Below the pieces are notes generated by a model, which saw only the letters and a program-made list of their open reading frames with translations, was not told the origin of the DNA and made no database searches. A program made the translations under genes and the position numbers. This document shows, piece after piece, positions 53,401 through 64,000 of a DNA stretch of 64,000 bases (position 1 is its first letter; every line of letters begins with the position of its first letter). The stretch is from the NCBI GenBank assembly GCA_015680685.1, contig MNCI01001077.1, positions 571,417 through 635,416 on the forward strand, in the 5' to 3' direction. This DNA comes from Gnetum montanum. Lineage: Eukaryota > Plantae > Gnetophyta.

Positions 53401-54689
53401 TAACAGGAGCTACTATTGATGCTACAGGACCCCCTCTAATACGTGTGGTGTCATGGGCTGAGATCCCTAATAAGTTTACGTTTGTGCAGGGAATCGTTGA
53501 TGACATGATTAACTACCTCCAGCAGGTGAACCTTGATGCTGGTAAGTAGTAGTGTTAGCTACTCTCATGTTGCTCTACTTGAGATTTTTGAGTTTGTTGA
53601 TCTTGTTATGCTAATGTGATTGTTACGCTCTTTATGTCATGGCAGCCTCTCGGCTCAAATGGGACTCAGCACAACCTTTGAATGTTGGTGCTATGCCTAA
53701 ATTCCCACTTGAAGTGATCGAGGTGTTTTGTCATGCATACGACAGGGATTGCAAATGCATTTTTTACTAGGCACGCTCCTTGTGGGAGTATAACTGCGTC
53801 AACGAGGACCTGTGGAAACAGGTCCAAACAACTAAGCAAAGGGAGGCTAACCTAATCGCTGAGGTGGAGGATCTCATGTCGAAGAACGAGTTCCTCATAG
53901 CCCGTGACACTAATAATGAGGACTAGTGCACTACTGTGATAGACTATGCTAGGTTTTGGATAGTCTTGCATCAAAATGTTGAAGCCACTCGCGAGGTAAT
54001 CAAGCAGCAAATGCAAATGGACTTGCTAGCCCAGAAGTTTCAACATTTGAAAGATTTCAGCCCCAAGGTTCACGAATGGGGGCAATCCTAGAAAAAACAA
54101 AAACACATGTATAAACTAGAAAATGACACCCATCGTAGATTGTACAAGGATGCTATTGTGGAGGCATTTACATATAAAGAATTCGTAAATGCCATCGACG
54201 CTTCTAAGGTCTATGCCAAGTTTAAAGAGCAAGTAAAGGTTACTGAATCTCCTGACCTGAAAGTGGACCTTCCCACAGGAGAGACTGCAATAGTTTCCTT
54301 TTCCCTAAGACCACCAAGGTGGAAAACTACTGAAAGGGAGAGAGTTGTTGCAGACATTGAACCAAGAAACAGGCATTGGATGGACATCATGGCAGAGGAG
54401 GTCTGGCTCGGCCTCAGGCTCAGTCTAGACTGGATACCCTTTGAGATGGATGCAGGCCCTTCTCAAGTTAGTTACTTTCTACTATATTCATGCTTATTCT
54501 CTATTGTAATCTATGTGCATTACTTTCGCTAACCACTTCATTTCTATGATGTAGGCTCCACATGAGGGCATAAGGTCCATAGAGGGAAAGAATGAAGAAT
54601 CGGTAGAGGGAAATGCAGGGGAAGGTGATGCAAAAGGAAATGATGCAAGAATGAATAGTGAAGATGATGCAAATAGAGACAACCCATGA
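50430..54689 (+). pseudogene. Antisense 7-exon accessory gene of element B
   Basis: MAPKK start. The HAD-like exon is ORF 51086-51430. The 83-bp intron 51544-51626 has the same length as in A. PMD-like ORF 52154-52384, acidic exon from ~53050, coiled-coil-like ORF 54107-54532, last exon 54555-54689 ending DNP* as in A. Confidence 0.82.
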
Positions 54690-54859
54690 TCGTATGGGAT
54701 CTTTTTTTGAATTTTTTGAAGTTTGTGTAACAAGTTTTTCAAAAAGTTCTTGAAAGACAACGGTTTTGAATAAAGCAAAGAGGATTTCATGAAATAGAAC
54801 TTGATTCTGCACTAAATTGTACATTATCTATGTGTTACATTTTGTGTAAAATGTTAATG

Positions 54860-55070
54860 CTTTCATGTGCTAGTTTTAGGCCATTTTAGGCTCTTTAGTA
54901 ACATGCCAAAGAGATGATACATTAAGAACTTGAACAACAAGTAAGTAGTAAATTATGCTAGTTTTAGGCCATTTCAGGCCATTGCTAGTTTTAGGCAATT
55001 TCGGGCCTTTTCTAGTTTTAGGCCATTTCAAGCCATTGCTAGTTTTAGGAAATTTCGGGCCTTAGCATAG
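54860..55070. repeat. 26-bp tandem repeat TTGCTAGTTTTAGGCCATTTCAGGCC
   Basis: 4 adjacent copies at ~54955-55060 plus one upstream copy. Confidence 0.85.
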
Positions 55071-55159
55071 CATGCCAAAAGGATGGTATGTAAAAAAAGC
55101 AAAAAGTGATAATTGTACAAGGGATAGAAATTGGGCAAGAAGTAGTGGGGTTGCTATGT

Positions 55160-58100
55160 TGTGCATAGCTACCTCTTGAACCATCATGGGTTGAGTGGAA
55201 CATAAGGCCGAGGTGTTTTCCCAGGGCCCTCATCTACATCATTATCCCCCACTTGGAAGGGCAACTTAACCCATGTGCTTTTGTTTTGGAAACCTGCATG
55301 CTGGGCTAATTCTCCCGCTGGATGTTCTATGTGTGCATAAGCAGATGCTTCATTCTCAGAGGTTATGACCTCTGAGCCCTACTCCATGTCTATGTTATTG
55401 ATTGCTTAGGTTGCTACTTCATCACCATAGATCACCACCTCCCTGCCTGTGTATGGTAGGTGGATTTCCTGATGTATGGGTGAGGAGATAGCCCTAAGTT
55501 ATGCTAACCATGATCTCCCCAAGATCAGGTTAAACCCAGGAATTTCCTTGACCACAATGAATGTTGTGTTTATGGGGAGCTAGTCCCCTACTATGAAGTC
55601 TATATAAACTACACCTTTCACCAAGATGCATGCCCTGTTGAATGACCTTAGACACGACATTGCTGTGGGTTTGATTTGGTTGACAAAGCCAAACTTATCC
55701 ACAATAGGGAACTGGATGACGCTCGTGGCAGCTCCATCATCAACGTGTACCCTTCAGATTCGGTGTTGGCCAACCCAAATTGTGATGAAAAGGGGGTCTG
55801 TCTTCACTTAAACCCTTTCAGGATCTTCCCTAATGGTCTCATCACTGAAAGTCAATTGGGATGGCTCAGGCTCTGTGGGTGTAGAGGGAAGCATGACCAA
55901 GTGGATCACTTCCTCTTCTGCTGGCATGTTTTCATTGATCGAAATTGCTGTCAACATGCTGATTAAAGCTTCGTGATGGGGGACAGATGTCATGATTAGG
56001 TCATACAAGCTTAGTGTAGCATTTTTCTATTTTAGAGGTTTCTTGACCTTAGTGAGGGCATCCAAAAGGTCTTGGCCACCCCCCTATTTAGTTCTTTCTT
56101 CCTCTTCGATTCATCCCAGAAGATGAATTTCCCAAGGAGGGGCAACTTCGGATCTAGGTTCAGACCCTTTTTGGTAGGGCAACGTGGACTGTGTGGTTGT
56201 AGCAACGTTTGTCTTTGGTGATGAAGGTGTAGATGCAAGGGATGGAGACATAGGCTTGGAAGTACTAGGGATGGTACTTCCTCTTGACATCTCACCTATG
56301 AAGTGTACTTCCCATTTTTTAGGACAAGAAGGTTGTTCAGCTATCTTATGTAGGGTGGGGGCTGTCGAATGAATCAGCCCCCTAATGATGAAAGGTGCTA
56401 ACGGTGTTAGTAGGTGAAGTAGCGTGGTTTCACTAATATGTGGTGTGGAGAGGGATGCCCGTGGAGGGAATCTCAAGACAAACAGCTATTCTGAGCTTTC
56501 ATTAGCTACTCGTGGTGCTGATGCACTACACTGAGGCATAGGGACCATGAATGACTGCTGGGGTGGCCTACGATCACTGTCAATGCTGATGGCATTGATG
56601 ATGCAACCAACATTTTTTGCATTGAGGGGGTTTGTGTAGACATGCATAGATTGGTTTTCTAAACATATTAGGTTGCTTTCATCCAACACTATTTTTCCTT
56701 GGATCAATCTCTAAATGTCATCATGCAACGCCAGATAGTAATTCATGTTTTGACCACACTCTTGGTGATAGTCATAAAACCTGTCTAGCCTAAAACCCTT
56801 AGGAACTAGGGGCTCATTCAGTAGGGCCAAAGAGGGGTTCCTAAGGAGCTCACAGAAGCGTTGATGTCTACTAATTACTTCTTGAGACATTTGCTTGTAT
56901 TGCATGTGCCCTGCTACCAATAGCTACTTCAAAAGTTATAAGGGCTTGAGAGGCAATCGAGTGTACTTTGAGTGATCTTTATGCTCAAAGTTTTATTTGG
57001 GTTGTGTAGATGTCTCAGGTGCAGGTACTGGAGGTTGCAATGTGTTATCCTACTTGGGCATGGGATTAGCTATAGGTACGATCGGTTTCTTATTATCCTT
57101 GTTACCATTCCTACTAGGTCCGGGCTTGGCCTCGGTCTCCACAATGGCCATTGTGGTTGTTGGGACCTTACCCTTGTTCTTCTTTGTGAAGGTATTTTTG
57201 TAGGCAATGTAGGCTGGATATTTGCTTGCCTTGGCCATGTCCTGTATACTCTTAGTCTGAGCAAAGGCTTGACTAAAAGTGTGAGGGGAAAGGTAGTACA
57301 GTTTAGACTTAATAAAGTGATTCACTGCACCCTTAAAGATGGCCAGCAAGTGGGCCTCCACAATGGGCTCATGGATTTCATTAAGGGTTGCGATCCAACG
57401 TTGGATGAATTTATGGACTGGTTCGAGAGGCTCCTGCTTCATGCCCATCAACTGGTCCAGCATGGTTTCTACCTTCAAGTTATACTTGAAGCGTGTCATG
57501 AACTAGGTTAGGAGCTCTTCTATAGTTGAAATGGATGAGCGTGGCAGCGTGCGATACCAATCTCAGGCTTTCCCAGCTAGGGAAATAGCAAACACATGAA
57601 TAATCCTATGTAGCCATTTTTGCAATAGTAAGGATTTAGAGCTAAAGGTAACAAGATGTGCTCCCCTTTGTATTTCATGAAATGTTGGATAGACATCCCT
57701 GGGGGTAACGTTAGAGTAGGGATTGCAGGGCTAATGGGGTCATCCTACTAAAAGTCCATGACTTGTACTCTGTTAGACCCAATAGCTTTGAGGCATTTTA
57801 TTTCCTTAGTGAGGGTTTCGATAAGTTCAAACACTTGGTCCAGACCTTGTGACGTTGTGGATGGTTGAGGAACTATTGAGGTAGCTCCCACCTATGGAAT
57901 GGTAGGGGTGGCAGCATGATCCATTGGTGGTACCATTGGGATAGCCCTCGTTAGCGGTGCTACTTGCACTATCCACCACCTGGTAGGTGGTGCTATTGGA
58001 GCAACAACTGCAGTTTGAGCCGTCAGATAGACTGCTTATGTCATTAGTGGAACATACCATAGCCCCATGTTAGGTTGTACCATTTGTGCAATTTGGTAGG

Positions 58101-58957
58101 TCTAAGGGTGAACATAATGAGAAATTTACGATGGTTGTGGAGTCGGTGAAGTGAATGAGGTCCACCACGTGGACGGACCTGGGCCCACTGCAATGGATGG
58201 AATAGACATGAGCATAGGAATTAAAACGAAAGTTACATATGATTGCAAAGTAGGTACAGCATGAACATGTAGTAGGGTAGCCATGATTGGTGTATGATGC
58301 ACTACAGGAATATGCTGATGAACATTTTACGAAGGCATAGTTGCTGCAAAATGAAATAGGAGAATAAGGGTGTTGATACACCAGGAAGGTGACATGGCTA
58401 CCCATTACAGCTATAGTTGTAGGCTGCAGGAGCATAGACCTAATGACAAATGGAGTGGTGATAGACAATGGATTGGCCTAGAAAGGCTAGGTATGAGGGA
58501 TAGGAATGGGGTTGGTTTGACCTCCCTGGTTGAATTGGGAATCAAGTTCCTCCTATCCATCCTGGAAGGTGTTGTCTTGGTTGGATGTTGTGTCCTATTA
58601 CTCCCTAAGCCTAGCCAACTAGATTAGCTAGTCTAATAGCCTTTGGTTTCCCTGCATCAAAGGTATGGAAACATCAGAATTGGGAAAAAATTCCTTCTTG
58701 TCGTAGTAAGCAAACTCGAAGCTATGTTTATCTTCAAGTTCATGTACATCCAAAGGTGGGTTTGCCTGAACCTTTGCACAAAGGAAGCTATAGTGCTCAT
58801 GTTGCTGGGCCAAGCCCTTAAGTCCCTAATTTTGGATCCTAAGGGATCAATGTGTTTTCAGCATTGGGTTCAGTTGTTTTTCAACACTAGTGGTGTCTTG
58901 AACCATGATGGGAACCTCAACGTTAAAGGTATTAGTAGTAGTAGTTCCAGAAGTCAT
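55160..58957 (-). pseudogene. gag: Element B gag-protease
   Basis: ATG at 58957 (MTSGTTT...); gag ORF 57050-57499; knuckle FYDYHQECGQ; protease VHVDDGAA...FNLILGRSWL. Confidence 0.88.
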
Positions 58958-59398
58958 TGTTACTAAGCTAAGTGGTTTTGCAAATGGAAAAACGTAAAGA
59001 GATTGGAAAGCTAAGTAGTTTCGTGAACGAGAAAAGCAAAGAAGCAAAGAAGTTGGCAAGCAATCAAAAAGAGGCTTTATGTCTTGAAGGGCTCCTGACG
59101 AACCATCGAGGTGACCAATCTATACCACATGATCCGTAAACAATCACAAAAGAGTGTCACGTTTACAATAGTGCGCGATAGGGTACATAACACATGCAAG
59201 ACTACCATAAAAAAGACGCAAGTCAAATGGCAATCAGAGGCTTTATGTCCTATAGGATTTCTAAGGAACCGTCAAGGTGATTGATATGCACTGCATGACG
59301 TATAAACAACCACAGATGGGTATCATGTTTACACTAATGCATATTAGGGTGTAGAAGGCTTACAAGACTACCGTGACATGTGGAAAAGGCACCCAAAG

Positions 59399-59416
59399 GC
59401 CCTCCTTCTAGTGCCA
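59399..59416 (-). promoter_or_regulatory. Primer-binding site, tRNA-Asn type (B)
   Basis: Minus strand TGGCACTAGAAGGAGGGC after ...gctaCA-gtttttc. Confidence 0.87.
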
Positions 59417-59423
59417 GAAAAAC

Positions 59424-61027
59424 TGTAGCAACCGAAAACGTCAATGGCTGGAAGACACTGATGGATCGTCAGCCGTTGATAGTCTTGACCCTGTTTCCAT
59501 AGAAGGGCTGTGCTAGATGGGACAGAGATGGGGTACCTTGAATGGTCTGGTCCATTAGATAGGGACTTAGTTAGTGTTAATATAACCTTTTGCAATGTGT
59601 GATTTGAAAATGAGACTAATAGCACGAAGTAATGTTTAAATGCAAAAGATATAAGAAATAGTGTAAAATACAATAGTAAACATGAGATAATGTAAAATGT
59701 AGTTAGAAAAATGCACTACTTCGAAGCTATGACCTCACTCTTTCAAGATGGATACAATCGGTTGCACAGCACTGGGAAGTGTAGAGATCCCGTAAGTAAC
59801 TGAGACGTGTCGAGTGAGGTGGCTGTGTGCTTGAATGTAGACTCAGGCATTAACAATGTGAAGCACTACCAAGGTGGTAGAAAAGAATAGGACAGAATGC
59901 CAACAGAAAGCACTAACTATTTACAATGTTAAATAGAAAGCTTACAATGCTTAAGATTACAGTGCCAATGTTTTTTCTTTTGCTTGTTAGCCAACCAGAC
60001 TGTTAGCCGACCAGATTGCCAAGAAAATAGACTGGGGACTCAAAAGCCACAAAAGACAAATATGCCAGAGATTCAGAGCTAGGAACCCTTTTAAGAATCA
60101 TTCATTGGGGTATTTATATGATCAAGGATGCATGAAAGATGCGATTTTTATGCCACATGCCCTAGGCTTGTGCTAACCTGTCTATGCTGCACTTGCCTAT
60201 ATGATCATTGGGTGAGCCTACCACGTTGTAATTACAAGCCTGCCACACCATAATTATACTATTAGAGCAATGATGCAATTAGGTGAGGTGCATTGATGTC
60301 ACCTAACTACTTTCCATGTTTTGTTATGCTTTTTAGCATAGCATGTTTGGTCTGGCGTAGCATCTTGTTACGCTTTGCTACACTAGACAACGTAGCGTAG
60401 CCATCGGTTTGAAGCAAGAAATTTGCGTTGTGTCCTACTACATTCATTGGAAACCCTTGAAGCACACTAAATTTTTGTCACATCTTTTCCATGCTATGCT
60501 ATGCTACATAGTGTATCATAGCGTAGCAACTGGCCTTAGTCACAAAAATGTCGTCAATCTGCAAACTTTGTCTTTTGAACTGTGAAACTTGCGAACTTGA
60601 TGATCCCGCCCTTCGAGTTGACTTCTCTCACTTCCATAGAGTTGCTATGCCTCACTGTGCCTTGTAGCTTAGTGTAGCATTTTTGCAAACATGACTTGAT
60701 TTTGGCCAAGTTTCCCACTTTCTGACGGAAAGAGACATTGCCGAAGGACTTGAAGTCGAGCAAGGGGACTGGTTGTCCAGCTTTTTGCTATGCTGTGCTA
60801 TGCTATGTAGCATAGCATAGCGTAGCACTATGCTTCTAAAAATTCCTTCTAAAGTTTTCTATGCTACATGGTGTAGCATAGCGTAGCAAGGCTCCTTCAC
60901 TTAGAAAACTTGCTAAAGCGGACAATCTGAAAATCAAAGCATCCATCTCCTAAAGAACTTCCATAATGCTGCACGATTTGTAGAGACTTGGTGAAGCATG
61001 CATGCCTTAGAATTTTGGGGTGTTTCA
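59424..61027 (-). repeat. 5' LTR of element B (~1.6 kb)
   Basis: TGAAACACCCC...GCTACA; TATAAATACCCC at ~60107-60118; homologous to the LTR of A. Confidence 0.9.
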
Positions 61028-64000
61028 CTTAACCTGTAATTACTAAATATGTATGTCATTGTGCATTGGTAAGTTTCTCCTACATTCTTGAGTCCAAAGG
61101 GCATCATGGTGTAAGAAAACATACACCAGGGGATCATAAAGGTTGTGTTGTATTGGTGCTTAGGGTTGAACCTAATCTGGTTATAGCTTGAGAACCCATA
61201 CATGAAGGAAAAAAATTCATGACAAATCATGGTATTGATGAGTTGATTAATACAGGAAAATGAAAAATTATCTTTAATAATTACCTTGTTTAGGTCCCAA
61301 GAGTCTATGCAAATGTGTATACCTCCATTTTTCTTAGGAACAAATACAATGTTGGAGAACCAATCTGCATAGTCAATGGCCTAGATGAAACCTACTTTGT
61401 AAAGCTTGGTGATTTCATGATAGATAACCAATGCCACCTCAAGCATAACCTTGCATGCCTTCTATTTTATTGGCTTAATGCAAGGATCTAGGATAATATT
61501 GTACTAGACTAGCTGAGGGTCCAGGCTTGGCATGTTCTCATATGACTAAGTTAATGCCTTAATGTTTTTGTTTAGCACCTTAGTGATGTCTTGGACATGT
61601 TGGGGATCTAGTGAGGAACTTAGCTTTATTGTTTTCACCTCATCATTGGGCATTATTATAGGAATCTCAACAAGGGGATCCTCTATGACGTCCCCTACCT
61701 CTAGATTAAGAGCCTTAACAAGATGGTTAGGACAATCTAGTGGTGCCTTTATAGATGTTATCTATTCATCATAGGCTATGGGCTTAAGGTGTCGATTGAT
61801 GCATCACTTGAGCTCACAATGGGGCCCAATGAGGACTAGAGATGACTGAAGATGATCATCTGCAGCCATATTGTATTCCTGTGACAGTGCTACAAAATCA
61901 ACCAAAAAATAATCTTAAGCCACACATATCTTAATGAGAACAATATGCACAAGTGTAAAGAAAGTAATGCAACACAATTTTTCCTAAGTATGAAGATGGG
62001 TTGTACAGAAAGTAAGTGTATTTTTGTTGGTTTTATGCCTTGGTAGGCTATGTGTGTTGATTTAAGATCTTAGCAAATCATAGATGCATCAAATGGATCA
62101 TTCTAGGCAAGGCTAGTTGTTCTTGGGATGTGAATATGACCTGGGTGTTCACTAGGTAATGAGAAAAATTGAAAATGTTTCTAAGTCTAGGTAACTAGGC
62201 TCTCACCCAACTATGATCTTCCCCAACTATACTCTACATTGCACAAACATTGTTGAGCATAGTCTTGGGGTTGGTGAGTCATTAAACTTTTCCATAGGTA
62301 AGTTGTCATTTACAAACTTGCAAAATGTGAAGCTTGGAGGATACACCTAATGTTAGTGTAGCATGCTGCCAATAATGAGCATAGTTGGAGCCAAGATGAC
62401 ACATCAAAGTTGATGTCTACACCCCAAACTGATGAACGTGAATGAGGGAAAGCAAGTACTAGTTCACCTGTTTCATGCACAGATGGAAGAGGGGAGGGCA
62501 CCAACATCTACTAGGTACCCCAACTATGTTGTTCCATTGGTTTTATTATTTTTTTCTTTTTCTTTTTGGGTATTCATTTTCTACACTTGAGGATTTGGGC
62601 TTTGGGGATGTCATTGGCACCCTACCATGATAGGGGCCACCACCACCATGGGCCATTTTGGTCACCACAATAGGGAAAGCATGCATTGGAAATGGTTTTG
62701 TGGTAATGAGGGTTTTGTTTGATCATGGGTGGATGTGTGAAATGTTGTGATAGTCTTGGTTACAATTGGTTCTTTTTTTCTGATGAGGAAGGGTTTCCTT
62801 GGGTTGTAGCTATGACAACAATAGATAGCACAGTTACAAGTGAGGAGGTTGTAGGCTACTACGAGGGCCACAAATGGGATGGTAGGGCTCATGCAGGGTT
62901 TACTATCCATGGGGTTTGCTATGGTGCCTAGGATCCTTGTAAAAATTTTCTAAGAAATCTCCTATAGCATGGGGTAGGGACATGGGGATTGGTGGTGATG
63001 GCCAAGAGCCATCTCCTATAGGATAGATTGTGCAACATGGGTTTTACAACTCCTCTCTCTCTTCTTTTTTTTATGTCTTTCTGCAAAAAATTTTCTTTAT
63101 TGTAGTTGGCATGGGACAAGAACAAGGGCTTCAATGGTAGTTGAGGCAGCTCATCCTTGGGCAAGGACCATAGCAAGGGTTTGCACTATGATTCTTTTGT
63201 TTATTTTCATTGAAACAAAAGGGACATAGGCGAGAATTAAGCATGTTTGGGGCCATAGGGGGCTAGAAGAACCATGGGGACAGGTGTACTTCATAACACA
63301 ATTACAAGGACTATAGAGGGAATGTCCTCCCATAATGTACTTGTAGGAGCCACAAAGATGCATTTCAACTAGGCACCTTTTTAGTTCAACCTCCTTCATT
63401 TTTTGTAAAAACAATTAGGGTAACATTGAGGTAGGATGTGGTGGTGAAGGCATGGCATGTAGCAATGCTATGAATGTGAGTGTAGGGTGTCCAAGGAAGT
63501 GTAGGAGGGTGTAAGATGCATGGGATGTAGTAGGTGTGATGGGCATGGTGGCATAGTGGGCATGGTACCCAACACTATAGTAGGGCATGGCAAGCAAGGT
63601 GTGGTGAGAGTGGTAATGGTAGTGTATGGCACTATAACAACATATAGTGTAGCAGAGAGAGTGTTGGGGCAGTGATTGAGACCTCACTTCTCACAAGATA
63701 TAGCTAGGACTATGCTCCATGTCTCAAAGGTGTAATTGATGCCAAGTGTTTGCAAAAATGGTGTCTACCAAACATTTAGTTTTTTTGGGACTATGGCCTA
63801 TGAAAATCATAGTCAAGAATTGGAAAATTTTTTAGCAATCTAAAACTATGCTCTTCACTTTCTAAAGTGTATTCAGGGTGCATCAAAGTTAGAAACATTT
63901 ACCTCTATTTCCAAACTATGCTCTCCACTAAGGTAGTCCAAAGTTAGAAGAAATTTGCAACCTTCCAGATTATACTATCCAGAGTTAGAAAAATTTTGTA
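61028..64000 (-). mobile_element. Element D: Tat-type RT N-terminal half and upstream spacer, interrupted by B
   Basis: RT at 61028-61878 (DWFSNIVFVPKKNGG...MPFGLKNVGETYQCTMTYIFSNY) is cut just before YVDD by the LTR of B. Confidence 0.88.

Larger units (their letters stand above)
45189..61027 (-). mobile_element. Element B: near-complete Tat-type element body plus 5' LTR
   Basis: LTR, PBS, gag-PR, 5.5-kb spacer with antisense gene, RT, RH, aRH, INT and 3' UTR repeats. Confidence 0.93.

Noticed and set aside
55165-55175. AG|GTAGCT as the donor of the PR-RT intron in B
   Set aside because: Its phase does not fit the phase-0 acceptor, and A aligns codon-for-codon without GT. It is probably a C>T artefact.

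Overview
Plant (probably large-genome, heavily CG/CHG-methylated) intergenic DNA made almost entirely of nested, decayed Ty3/gypsy LTR retrotransposons. No intact host gene is present. Six or seven pieces of one Tat-type group share TGAAA(C/T)ACC...(C/T)TACA LTRs, a tRNA-Asn PBS, an AAAGAGGGGCCA PPT and the order gag-PR-[long spacer]-RT-RH-aRH-INT. They are A (-, 418-14735), C (+, 14736-~30600), F (-, 3' LTR/UTR), E (+, 5' LTR-gag), G (young LTR), B (-, ~45190-61027) and D (-, RT and spacer). One older Athila-like element (H) is also present. The main discovery is in A, B and C: the 5.5-9.5 kb spacer between protease and RT holds an antisense gene of ~1,100 aa with conserved introns (7 exons and a TATA box traced in A and B). 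It appears to encode an FCP1/NIF-type HAD phosphatase-like domain that lacks catalytic Asp residues, fused to a plant-mobile-domain-like region and an acidic/coiled-coil tail. Each subfamily also carries its own short repeated motif in both the LTR and the spacer. All domain calls are by eye; no searches were run.
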